Assembly (NCBI RefSeq): GCF_018977255.1
Contig: NW_024704743.1
Location: 33,048,001-33,112,000 of the forward strand
Source: Callorhinchus milii
Lineage: Eukaryota
Direction of reading: 5' to 3'
DNA: 64,000 nt
Shown: in pieces, positions 38,505 to 51,236 of the stretch
How positions within the stretch are numbered: position 1 is the first letter of the stretch
Layout: each line of letters opens with the position of its first letter
Notes under the pieces: model-generated
Database searches by the model: none
Seen by the model: only the letters and a program-made list of their open reading frames with translations
Told to the model about the DNA's origin: nothing
Program-made: the position numbers and the translations under genes

Positions 38505-39490
38505 CTTATTCAATTTACATTGCACCTTTCATGTTGGAAGGAACTCTCAAAGTGCTCAACATGGCTGGCTGGGCACCCGCGTTTAGAGTGGGAACTGAAG
38601 GGCCTGAGAAGGTAACAATGATCAAAAACATGGTCAAAGAGAAGTACTTTGAAAGAGAGAGGGGAGGGGATCAGAGAGACTCTGGGGATGGAGTTCTGGA
38701 GAGTGGGGAGGGTGGGTGGCAGAATGGCTGAAAGCCCGGATGCTGAAGGTGAGGCGGATAGAGTGAGGGACATGAAGAAGACTAAGTGAAGGGAGCGGGA
38801 GGGTTGGTAGGATTGAAGGAGGTCGCAGAGATAGGGTGGGGCAAGATTATAATAATAATCCTTGCATTTGATATAGCGCTTTTCACGTCGGGAGAACGTC
38901 CCAAAGCGCTTCACAGAACACACTGTAAAGTGAATTGACTGTATATTTCTGGGCGGACGCGGCAGCCAATTGCGCGCAGCAATGTCCCACAAACAGTCGT
39001 AGATTGAAAATGACCAATTTATTATTGTTTTTGGTTTTGGAGGGATTATTATTAGGCGTGTGGAGTAAGGAAACGTGCCCAAGGTTTTGCCCTGACCTGC
39101 CTGGAATTGAACTCAGGTCTCTCGCTTGCAAAGCGAGTGCTCTAACCACTGAGCTACAGGACTCCTTACAGGATTGTAAGGGGATTTAAAGGTGAGGGCA
39201 AGGACCTTGAAATCGGTCCACTGGGGGATGGGGACCCAAAGGAGCCGGACAGGGATGAGGGCGAAAGGCTCGCAAAGCAAGGAATGAGGGTACGGGCTGC
39301 AGAATTGTGGACAGCCTAGCTAGGGAAGAGCTGGGGAGTCCAGCAAGCGGGGTGTTAGCATAGTCAAGACTGGACATAATGAAAACATGGTGAGGGTCTT
39401 GGTGGCCTGGGTGGAAAAGTAGTGATGGAGACAGGCAATTTTCAGAGGTGAGGGGAAAGCTGAGTGGTAAGAGCACAGATGTGGGGTTGA
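38505..39490 (-). mobile_element. L2 3' fragment interrupted by a SINE at 38848..39166
   Basis: LAPPYLCDLL motif on the left; resumes gatttaaaggtgaggg on the right; ORF 39186..39476 SSLDYANTPLAGLP. Confidence 0.82.
38848..39166 (-). mobile_element. SINE family A, CpG-rich (young-looking) full-length copy
   Basis: Head GGAGTCCTGTAGCTCAGTGGTTAGAGCACTCGCTTTGCAAGCGAG; flanks caagattata/caggattgta resemble a decayed target-site duplication. Confidence 0.9.
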
Positions 39491-39894
39491 ATGACTGTTG
39501 TAAATCAAAAAAGTTACCAAGGTTCTGCAGTGGCTCTGCAATATTTACTGTGTATCCATGCAGGTTAATGCTGTCAGTATCTGAGGCAACAAAGTGTGAG
39601 AGAGATCAAGCAGAATGAGGAGGCACAGAGAGCCCTGGTTGTAGATAAGAGAGAATATTGTGGGTGATTTTAACCAGAGCATTCTCAGTCCTGTCGATTG
39701 GCCTAAAGCTGGATTGGAGAGGCTCCTGCAAGGATGTTGGGACAGGAAACATCGAAGGATCGACTTTCATTGAAAGGGACGGTCTTCATATGATCTCACA
39801 AACCTCAAGAGCAAAGCTTGAGCATTTTAGAGCCATTATCTGAACTCTACATAACAATCTGGAAATTACTTCCACTTTATTATTAAGAAGAAAA

Positions 39895-40235
39895 AAGTCT
39901 AAGCAGACACTCCAGTGCAGTGCTGGGCGTGTGCTTCAGTGTTGGAGGTGCCGTCTTTCGGATGAGACGTTAAACCAAGCCCAGTCCACCTGTTTAGGTG
40001 AATGTTAATAATCCCTGGCACTATTCAAAAAGAGAAGGGAGTTTCTCCCACAGTCCTGGCCAGCAATCCCTCAAATAAAATTGGTCATTCACTTAATGGC
40101 TGTTTGTGGGACATTGCTTTGTATCAATTGACTGTGTTTGCCTTCAAAACAGTCACTACATTTTGCAGCATATTCTGTGAAATCTTTTTAGACATCCTCT
40201 TGATGTGAAAGGTGCTATATGAAATCCAGATTTGT
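39895..40235 (+). mobile_element. Deu-domain SINE
   Basis: Well-preserved core ggaggtgccgtctttcggatgagacgttaaacc. Other decayed copies at about 9310-9560, 14545-14775, 19800-20090, 28225-28440, 42830-43150, 44610-44880, 51580-51885, 54400-54652 and 62625-63170. Confidence 0.8.
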
Positions 40236-40841
40236 TTATTTTACACTACAGAAAACAGGCAAGAAAGTGTTTTTTTTGTTTTAATGAATGAAGTACTATA
40301 GTGAGGCCCATTAGAAAAAAATGTTCAATTTCAAGAATGTGTTTAATTGCACTGTAATTGTTTTCTCTGCAATTGTTTTTCTCTACACGTTGAAACAGGT
40401 TGACAAATAAGTAACCTATTAATAAATTAGCCACAGACAAGAATGGGAGGCTTTGTTTTCCATCTGAATTCTTAAAGAGGAGAGTGAGAGGGAGGATATG
40501 TTTTTTGTAACGTTAACATTTTGCAACACGGAACTATTATAGAACTATTTTACTAAGGTAGCCTGAACATTTTTAATAAAAAACTTGATAGGTGCAAAAT
40601 ATTAAAACTCACGTTCTTTCCTGTAATTTAGAGTTAGAAACACCTTTGTAGCACTTCACATTTTAATAGATAAATTCAATATACTTCAGGCTTTCTATCC
40701 AGTAGTACAATGTTATTTGAAACCCTCAAATGGACTACAGCCATTCGATAATTGATCAAAAGATATCCAATGTGTGCAATGGAACTTAGCTTAGTGAGGA
40801 AAATACCCTTATGCTATGTAAAGGATGAGATTTGTCATTTG

Positions 40842-41220
40842 TGGAGTCCTGTAGCTTAGCGGTTAGAGCACCTGCCTCACAAGTGAGAGGACCCAGTTTG
40901 ATTCCTGAGCGGGGCGAAACCTTAGACAAGTTTCCTTACTCTACACACCTGTTTACCTAGCAGTAAATAGGAACCCAGTTGTTAACTGATTGGCATATCA
41001 CTTTTCCGAGGGTAATAATCCCTTCAATTAAAAAAAAATTTGGTTACTCAATCTACGACTGTTTGTTGGACACTGCTGTGTGCAATTGGCTGCCATGTTT
41101 CGCCCACAAAAATATACAGTCAATTCACTTTACAGTCTATTCTGTAAAGTGCTTTGAGATGTCTGGAAGATACGGATAAGGCACTCTATCAAATGCAAGG
41201 ATTATTATTTATTATTATAT
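40842..41220 (+). mobile_element. SINE family A, full length
   Basis: tggagtcctgtagcttagcggttagagcac..agtttgattcc head; tail ataaggcactctatcaaatgcaaggattattatt. Confidence 0.9.
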
Positions 41221-41499
41221 ATGCCAGTCAAGTCTGTCATTGATCCACAACTATGGTACCAGATAGTTTTTTTTTAAGAAAATAGGATTTTCTTCCCTCA
41301 TATACTTAAGATCAAATATAAACACAGCAATAACAACCTTACATGCAACTAACAAAAAAAATCACAATTTGGAGGAAAAGAGATAGCAATTTTGTGCCAA
41401 ATTTGGGATCTAATTTGTGTCATTTCTTAAAGGAGCTCCTTAATGAGGAATTTGAGTTGTGTAAATGGGGATCTTTGCGGTAAAAGAAAGCAGTTTCTA

Positions 41500-41990
41500 T
41501 CCACAAAATCCAGAACTCCACTGTCCTCATACTCACCTGACTAAAGTCCTTACCCCCATCACACCAGGTCTTGCCAGGTTCCACTGGCTCCCTATCACCA
41601 GACGGATCGATTTCAAGATCCTCACACTCGTCTTCAAATCCCTTCATGCCCAGGCACCTCCCTACCTCTCCGACCTACTTATTCCCCAATCCACTACCCA
41701 TTGCCTCCTCTCGACTGGCTCCATCCTCCTGCTTGTTTCTTGTATTCACCGTTCCACCATTGGTGACCACACTTTCAGCCACAACACTCCGAAACTCTGG
41801 AACACTCTCCATCAATCCCTCCAACCTGCCCCCTCCTTCCCCATCTTCAGGTCACTCCTGAGGCCCTTTTTCTTTGATCGTGCCTATGGTTACCTCCCTC
41901 TCCACCCAGCTCAGCGTCATGCTCAGCCACAGTCAAGTGATCTGGGAAGCAAACCTGCATGAGGGGCGCTATATAAATGCAAGTTGTTGT
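41500..41990 (+). mobile_element. L2 3' fragment
   Basis: ORF 41465..41962 ARFHWLPITRRIDFKILTLVFKSLH; tail gaggggcgctatataaatgcaagttgttg. Confidence 0.9.
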
Positions 41991-42511
41991 AAAAGAAAGC
42001 GCACACAAAAAATATGCTCCGACGCTATTCAGTGCTGGAGCCACGTTGCTGTGGATTAACCGGAAACCAAATGGGTTCCTTATTGAGGAATTCCGCAGTT
42101 TTTAAAAAAAGTTAAACCCCACAATATAAGCATCTGTTGGTAAACAGAAAAATCCACAAAACTCCAACAAGAAATATAGAGAGCTTCCAGTGAAATTATG
42201 GAGGATAATAACGGGAAATTACATCGACACAAACCAAATGAGAAATACAAATAACAGCAAACGTGAATGAGTTGTTTCTCTATGTGGACTACCCATGTCA
42301 CATGTTGTACATTTCAATTTTCAACAGTTTCAAATAGAAATATACCATTGGTCATTCTAATCTACCCATTTGGGCATAGTCTATCCAACCTGGCTCATTT
42401 CATCATTCTCGACTCTGAGACAGAAGGTTATGAGCTCAAGCCCCACGTCAAGACTTTGAACTTGTCTAGACCAGCACTTCACTGCTGCTGTGGTTGAATG
42501 GTTAATGATTG

Positions 42512-42671
42512 ATGGGATTTGGTGACCTCCACTCGCCCGCTCTGGACAATAACAGTTATTATATTACACGGACACATTTTCCTGTCAGCTTCATCACAGT
42601 AAACAAGGCAAGACTTAGCATCTCGGGATCCCGGGATTTGGGGCATTAAAACAGGAGATTGCAAATCCTAT
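42512..42671. mobile_element. Possible short MITE
   Basis: atgggatttggtgacctcc versus the reverse complement of ggagattgcaaatcctat (imperfect inverted ends). Confidence 0.35.
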
Positions 42672-45600
42672 TCTCGCCTAAAGACACTGCGTCAGAGGGT
42701 GATAGATGTAATGTACCAGTCAAACTCCTCACCTGCCACTGTCCGTTGTGTGGGTCACACCCAGCCACCTCTTAGTAGAAGCAAGAGACCCCTGAGTAAG
42801 TGAGACAATGATAAGCTAGGTGTCACCCTGGCTCAGTTTGTAGCATTTACTCATCTTAGTCAGATGGCAGTGAATTCAAGCCGATGTTGATGAGACGTTA
42901 TACGAATATACATTTGCCATTTCAGATAAACATTAAAGATCCCCTGGCACTATTTAAAAAGAGGGAGTCTTTCTCGGTGTCCTGGCTAGCAATTCCTCAA
43001 ATAAAATTAACTTCTCACTTCATGGCTGTTTATGGGACATTACTGTGTGCAAATTGGCCATTGGGTTCACCTACAAAATATATATTAACTACACTATACA
43101 GTTTTTCCTGTAAAGCACTTTGAGATGTCCTCCCGATGTGAAATACAATCTACATTATATAGTGTCTTCCACGTCAAGAGAACATCTAAATTGCTTGACA
43201 CGACTGGTTGGGCACCCGAGCTGAGAGCGGTTGCCGAAGTGGATGGAGAGGGGGAAAGATTGAATGAAAGTGTTAGCTTGAAAGGTGTTATATCAAATGC
43301 AAAGATTATTATTAAATAAGGCAGCATCCAACCTAAAATCTCCCTCCAATACCACTAACGATCTAGCAATTTGGACAGAAGATTGCAATGAGGATCTCCT
43401 GTTTCAAATTAATCTTTAGCAGTGATTCAGGTTACTGGAAAATCTTTGTCTGAGCCTGTCTCGAATTTTGTGAGAAGAAGGTAATCTGATACCTAGTTAC
43501 GCTGGTTGCTGACCCTTCTAACCAAGGGCATAGCTACTGGGGCGGCTGTGTTGTTAATCATTAGCTACTTGGAATTATTCACGTCCTGCGTTAGTTAAGA
43601 AAAAAAAGCATTTCATTCCGTTCCGTCTCATGGCACTGAAGTACAGCCACCATCATGAAAACAGTATCCGAAGCATAGTTGTCAAATAGGCTGCCAGGAT
43701 TCACTATGCTGGCTCTCACTGGTAAATAATAATAATCCTTGCATTTGATATAGCGCCTTAAAGCCCAGGAATCGGGGAAGTGTGGGAGAGACACGCTAAT
43801 GGAACAGCACCCAGCATACATGGGGGGGGGGGGTGGGATGCAAAAGATTGGAAACCATTGCATAATAATGAAAACAAATCTATGCATTTCATACAGCACC
43901 ATATGTTGTTGAAAGGTCTCAAAGCACTTCACATTTAAAGGTCAGATGCTCTGCATTTTGTAGGCAAATAATACTTTTTTATTGAATACGTTTCTTGTCA
44001 GCCAGAGGCAGACAGCAAGCAAGACATAACAAAAACAACTTGCAGTTATATAACGCCCTTCACGCATGGTAGGTCCCAGAGTCCTAAACTTAACTGTGAA
44101 TGCATGCCACACGTGGTTTTGCTCACTCAGTGAACGAGCAAGCAGTTTGTGTTCCCTGGAGCTCCCCACTCACCTCAGTGGCCAAAGTTTACATTTTACA
44201 GAACCTTTGAGATACTATTAGTCTTGGCACCAATAATCATAATGAGTAACTTGTTCAACTTGACGCACAAATAGCCCTCAACAGATCTTCGATACCCACT
44301 GTGGCTCAAATAATACAAGCAGTCACTACCTATATGATACGTGTACATTTGCCCTTTGCAACAGAGGGCCCATGCTCTCCCCCCATCTGAACAGACAGAA
44401 GGCCACACAACAAGGAGAAGAAAGCCAAGTCCTGGAGAAGTTGTCAAATAATTCTAGCCCTCTCTCAATGGACTGCAAAGAGCAAAATGGAAGGAAGAGC
44501 AGGTACTCTTCCACTTCACTATCAACAAACCGTCTGCTCAGGTCTGTTGCTGAGGTTATTGATTGCTCTAATGCTGGGGCATTTTCTTTTGTTCTCACAG
44601 AAAAAAAATTATAATAATACTTGCACCTTTCATATCAGGCGGATGTCCCCAAGTCATTCCACTTTACAAGATATGACTGTATGTTTTGTGAGCAAACACT
44701 GCAGACATTTGCGTACAGCAATGTCCCACAAACAGCCATGGAGTGACCCATTTTATTTGGGGGATTTGTTGAACAGGTCAAAGGGTGAAACTTCTTCTTT
44801 TTGAATAAGGCCATGGAATTTTTAACATCTACCTGAACAAGCAGTTGAAACCTTAGTTTAAAGTCTCATCTGAAGGATGAAACGCAGAACAAAACTGAAA
44901 ACGTTGTTTTCACTACTGGGTTCAGTCAGCTGAGATTGTAGTTCATTCAATGATACATTTTACTCATTTAGTGAAGGAGCTGGAAATGCTTTATATTTAC
45001 TTGACCACCATTCTGTGTGGTCTGAAGCAGGAAGGAGGTGGGTGTGTGGTAGAGTAAAAGCGAGCAGAAGGGTAATGGTCACTCTTGGCTGAATTCCACC
45101 TCTTTCCCCACAATGAGGTTTTTGCACAAAATACTTTGGTTTTTCTCGTAGCCAAACCAGCTGACCCACTCATATGGGGTTGGGGGGTTTGCAGTGTGTG
45201 ATCGTGCTGAGTAGCTCCCTGTGAAGGGAACCAAAGTTACCTAGGATTTCCCCAATTTCAAGCAGAAGATGACAGCCTTCCATTTAACCCACAGATATCT
45301 ATTATAATAATGTGCTCTTAGAGTACCCATGCTTTACCGTGGTGCAAAGGGGGCAGTGGTACTGTATTTGAATGCCATTGGGCATTTGGTCTTTGACAAG
45401 TAGCTCAGATTTTGGATTAGCAAACCCACCAGTCATAAGTGAAGGAGCCACTGTAACTGCCACGTGCACAGGTTAAGTGCTCCGAGACATTATTCTATGT
45501 GAGGGGCACTAAATAAATGCAAGTTGCTGTTATTACTGTATGCAATTGGTTGCTGCGTTGTGCCCACAAAATACAATCAATTCACTTTACATTATATTTT

Positions 45601-48600
45601 GTGAAGCTCTTTGAGACGTCATAAGGTGCTATATCAAATGCAAGGATTATTATTATTAACATCTGCACTGACGGTCCTTGTGCTCAGCAGTGTTTGATCA
45701 TTATGAACAGTCTGTGGAACCAAATCTTCACTGGACCTTTGCAGAAGACACCTGCTTCACAGAGTGAAGCATGATCCATCAGCTCAACCCATTCTCATTA
45801 CCTCTGTCAAGTCACAGCTACAAATCAACAAGTTTCGCAAAGCAGAAGAATGATGAACCAATACTATCCAGCTACACATGATGAATTTTTTATAAAAGAA
45901 AACTTCTACACTAAAAGTCTGTAGTTACTCATACAGGCTGTATCTGGATCTTTTTAATTAACTTATTAAAGTTAAGGATTTTAGCTTTCGCTTCTGGTCA
46001 GCTGACTGAGCTAGCATTTCCCTGGGATCTCTGCCAACTAGGCAGGTTGAAGCCCTTCAGGCACATTTCCCGTCCAACAGGATTCATTCTATCTCCACCA
46101 CAATGCTGCCCCACACTCACATCGCCATAAGTCTCAGGCAATTAATTCAGACATGTTTTAAAAGACTTTTGCATCATTAAAATTGATCGGCATTAATATA
46201 TGAAAGCTTCATTTAGAGATCAAACAGTTTGATTTATTTTTGCAAGTTGCCTTCTTCCTCCTTCCTGTACTACAGCAGCTAAGTTTCCAAGTGTCCTTCA
46301 GAGCTGCTTAAAAATCCCACAACAAGATAGAGTATATGTGAGAGGCTCACGTCAATGGTCCTGTCTCAGTGTCAGAAAACCTCTCTGGTCTCTGCTTACA
46401 AAAGTACATTGGAGATGACAGATAGATTACGTTCTAGAATTCACAGACACCAGATTGCATTATTCCCCTTCACCAAAGAGATTTAAAAAAATCTCGGGCA
46501 AGTTTTATTCACTAAAAGAGCTACTTTCATCATAAATTGTAATTCAACTCACAAAGCGGTAAAGTTCATCCCTTTAGTACATAGATCCTACAAATAAAAT
46601 CCCTCCGGAACGCTGCTCAGATGCTGAGCTCCTTTACAATACAAAATGATATTATTATAGCGCCTTTCACGTCGGGAGAATGTCCCAAGGCATTCTTTGA
46701 CCACAACCCGGCTTCACCAAAGTAGAAACAGAGATTGCCGAGCGTCCAAGTGGAGTGCCAGAGTGTCAGCCAGACACCAATCGGGATTTGGTCAAATGTC
46801 ATTTATAAACTTTACAATTTTTTTAAAATGGTCATTTTCAATTCTTTCTGCTTTGACTTATCAGATGCTAACTGAGAACAGACAGGAGAATGTATCAGCA
46901 CAGAGAGGAGTTGGAAGGGAGAGAGCAGTGAACAATGTTGAACAAGCACCAATTCAGTTCTTCCTTCCATTTCCTTCTGATAACTTGGGAATGGCATTGG
47001 GAGGAAGGGCACTCCCCCAGCTTCCAAGTATGTGTTCCTACATTCCGAGATGGTCAGCCGGGTGTCTGACACATGCGGAAACCCATTACCATGCTTAAGA
47101 GTAATCAAACCAAACAGAGTACATGCTTGGTTCCGAGATGCAGCATGTTCTGGTAATCCACAGACTGCCCATTCAACAAGATACAGGTTTAATAATCCTA
47201 AAATAAAAGAATGGTGAAAGCAGAATCAATATTAACTTTCAAAAGGAAATTGGATGTACATCTGAAAACAAAAAGAGTGGGGCAGTGGAACTAGTTGGCA
47301 GCTCTTTCATAAAGCCGGCACAGGTTAAATGGCCTCCTTCTCTGCTGTAAGATTCTACGATTATTTGTACGTCACCTTTCATGTTGAGAGGATGTCTCAA
47401 AGTACTTCCCAGAATTTTATTGTAAACAGTAGTGAGTATGTAGTTATAGGTGAACTTGGCAGTTAATTTACACACAGCAAGGTCCAACAGCCATGAAGTG
47501 AAGAATTTACTAAGATACAGCAATCAAGAAAGATTATGCAGGAACTACTCTACACAGAGGATAGTGAGATTGTGGAAGTCACTGTTGTAGGCTATGGTTA
47601 AAAGCAAAAAGCATCAGTGTATTTCAGAGGAGAGTTGGTGTATATGAACAGAGAAGAGAACAAAGGGGTATTGCTGGAGAGGCAATTTAGTGGTGGTGGA
47701 GGCCCCTGTGGAGTATAAATACCAGCATGGACTAGTTGGGTTTAGTGGCTCATTTCAGTGCTGTATTATTCTATACAATCTATGACTGGAAAGGAAACAC
47801 AAACATCAAATCTACGGGTAACCGGATGTAAATCACCCTGGCCTCTGCAAGGAAATTGTTCGGTGCAGCTTCAAACGCTAACTATGGCATATTGTTTCAT
47901 ACTGCCATCCATCAGAAAGAAAAACATCTAAAAGTCAGTCAACCACCTGGATGAATTGGATTCCACTAAAATTTGGGTGCAGATCCTATGGTAGGGCTTT
48001 GTCGTTTTGTGCACCTGAGTAAGGCTATTGTGGCCTTATTTATTTCGCATACAAAGTGTCGTCAATTCACTTTACAGTATATTCTGTGAAGCGCTTTGAG
48101 ACATCGCGATGACATGACAAGGCGCTATATCAAATGCAAGGATTATTATCATTATTATTATTGATACCGCAATTCAGCACAGCAATGTGTCCATTGTCCA
48201 GGTCCTGTAAAGCCAGGGACTCAGATTGTACAGCTACCAGCATTTGAAATTTCTGGCAGAATTCCATTCATTGAGATTTTCCCATCTGTCCAGCACAGTC
48301 CTCATTTACCTCATCACACCAGCGTGTCAAAATATTTGCATACAAGTTACCCTCCCCCTCCCAGATCAGTTCAACAGCTAAAAATTGATATTTTTTAATG
48401 ACATTCTTAACAAGAAAATAAAGTACGTGTCGGAAACATGATCACTCAGAGAACTGCTAACAGCTTGGTTTGGGAGAGAGTGAGGTGGTGAGGAGTTTAA
48501 GAGAGAAAGAAAGACAGCAACAGAAAGGTTAAACACATAGAAGAAAGACAAAATGTCACAAAAGCAAAGCACACACATTGTGATAATTCTAAATTACAAC

Positions 48601-49670
48601 ATGTTTATTCTTCATAAATGTTGTACTAGGTAATATCTTTGTTCGCCCAGCACTAAATTTCTAGTTATTTTATGCATTAACTTTGGAGATCGTTGAATAA
48701 AAGGTGAAACATAATGGTGTGGAACTGCTTGGAGCGTGGAAATGTCATGCCCTGTTAACGCTAACAATCTGGACACTTCTGGTCATCAGTCAATTGTTCA
48801 ATGAGAAAGTAATGAAGGATATTAAATCAGATGCAGACTGTAATTTTCCTTAATTTACCGGGCACTTCACAGAATATTCCTAAGAGACAGGTGGAATTTG
48901 TTCGTTGTCTATTTAAAAGTTTTGATCACAGCTACCTCCTCTCTCCGTACTCCACACTCCAAATCTAACTCTATTCTCACCAGTCTTCCCTCTCCCAACC
49001 TTTTCAGGTTTTATTTAACCTTAATAAATTTAATGGGATGGATACCAGTTTTCATCTACTCTATTCTTCCCTGCAAATTATAATGGAACCGCACACAATA
49101 TAAAAATATCATGTGGTTTACTCAGGTGGAGTCTGCTTCTACAGAATGCATTAGCTCTTCAGTGGCCACAGCAATTTAGTTAAATTTGGTCAACAATTAA
49201 TCAAGTTTAGTACTTAAAGTTACATAAACAGTGTTTTAAGAAGTCATCTACATTCTAGTGCAGGTTTCCATTCATCTAAATATAACCAAGAACAATGAAT
49301 AAGATGAAAGAACATTTATCAAACAAAAAATAAACTTTTTTTGAGTTGCTGAATTGACAAGTATGTAATATGTGCAGGTTATACAATCATCTGACGTGTT
49401 CAATTACAGCAATCCCTCATCAAGTCTGATAAAAATCAATAACTATGTTATTGACATGATGTATCACGTCATGTATCATGATGTATGAATGGAGGGTATA
49501 GGGATAAAAGCAGAGAAATGGGATTTGGATGAATGGCTTATTGGAGGTTAAACACCACACAAAAAAATGGACCGCATATCCTCCTATTGTGTCATATATT
49601 TGTATGGTTCTTTCTGTTATGCTTCAAGAGCAGCAGTAGGATTGAGAAAGCGTGAACACTTAACCCCTAC

Positions 49671-49721
49671 CTTGGTAGGGATTCTTGCAGTCAGAAGAAA
49701 AATGCGGCATGATGTGAGCAC
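49671..49721 (-). CDS. CARMIL1: CARMIL1 coding exon (equivalent to human exon 3), VLTSCRIFLLTARIPTK, PH domain
   Basis: 51 nt; acceptor CTTCACAG, donor GTAGGG; phase 0/0; matches recalled human CARMIL1 VLTSCRAFLVTARIPTK. Confidence 0.95.
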
Positions 49722-51235
49722 CTGTGAAGTAAAAAGGAAACAGAAGTCAGATTCTGTACATCAATCCCACAGTGCAGAGAACCATAGCCCATCATGCTGG
49801 GTTCCTCCTGCTCACACGACAAACTAGAATTGTATCACCCCTTTATTTCATTTTAATGCTAGTCAATTACAAATATAAAATTGGATGCTCTAAAAACATT
49901 AAATAGCAAATAAATAAAAAAGGAAAAATATTCATCAACATTTACAATAAAAACATCTTGACTAATGAACTTATAAAATAGTGCACATTATTCAAATCCA
50001 ACCCAAGTATCCAATTGTCCAATTAATTTTTTTTAAAATTATGACTTAATTAGAAAATGAACAACAACAGCGGCAATTTGCATTTATATAGCACCCTTCA
50101 GGTGGGCAGCATCTCAGAGCGCTTAATAGTGGCGGAGCCTGATGCTGATCCGTGGGAAGGGAGAGAGTGACTATAAACATGCAGAAGAATTCATAAGGCG
50201 ATGTCAAAAATGTGCATCAAATCTGTATGGAACATATTACAATAAAACTTCCCTTTCACTATCCCAAACTATCAATTTCCCCTCAACTCCTTGGATCTTC
50301 TCAGGTAATGCCTGACCAAAGAGTAAGCTGCTCCCAGGCTCTAACACCAACTGCCAGGAGAAACATACACATCAATGAACCAAAGAGACCGTGAAGAGGT
50401 TTTTGGCAAAAATTCACCACCCTCTAAAGTCCACGCCCACTCTCCCCAATACACAAAAGGAAATCTATGCATTTGGCATTTGAAACTAACATTGTGGGGA
50501 ACTGATGAATGCAAAACAAGCTCCCATTATTCTACCACACAATGTCACCCTTTTCAAACTGAACTGGGCCTGAAAGGCCCAGAAAATATACAGTCAATTC
50601 ACTTTACAGTATGTTTCTGTGAAGCACTTTGAGATATCTCAAATGATAAAGTGCTATATCAAATGCAAGGATTTATTATTATTATACTATTATTATTATT
50701 ATTATAATATGGTGTTGGCAGGCACTTGCCTTGCCCATCAAAGTACAGCACGTCGATCTGAAACACTGAAATTCATTCCAAAGATCTTCAAAGGTTTAAA
50801 TGCTTTAGATTTATTAATTAAAAAAACATTTCTGCACAGATTTCAAATTCCTAATGCTTACAGTGGACTATGATGCAATCTTATCATTTTCAGGCCAGGA
50901 TGGTACTTTGTCTGAACATGACTGACATTGAAACCTAAATAGTTTTAATTCTTCTGCAGGACTAACTACCTGATTTACAAAAGTGCTTTCAGCAGAACAA
51001 AGGAAAAAACTGGAATCCAATCCTGGTTAGGTCAGTCACAGAAATAGCCTCGAACAAAATGGTCACTTATTCAGAGAGATTAAGCTTTCAATCGTTTTAT
51101 TTGCAGAGTTCCACAGAATCAATCTACAGTTGAGTAATTTGTTAATATAGTAGTTTGAAGAATTAAAATAAGTAAGATTGAGAACAAGTCTGGACTAAGT
51201 CGTACAAATTAAAAGGTTTGTCCCCAGAGACTAGC

Positions 51236-51236
51236 N
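51236..51236. other. Single ambiguous base N (possible assembly join)
   Basis: ctagcntttt. Confidence 0.95.

Noticed and set aside
40842..40915. tRNA genes at SINE heads (also about 3390-3458, 32360-32429, 39095-39166, 56230-56300)
   Set aside because: No proper acceptor stem; all continue into the same SINE body and tail
48425..48540. Long minus-strand pyrimidine tract followed by AG sites and GTACTT
   Set aside because: Poor donor and no convincing frame-preserving exon
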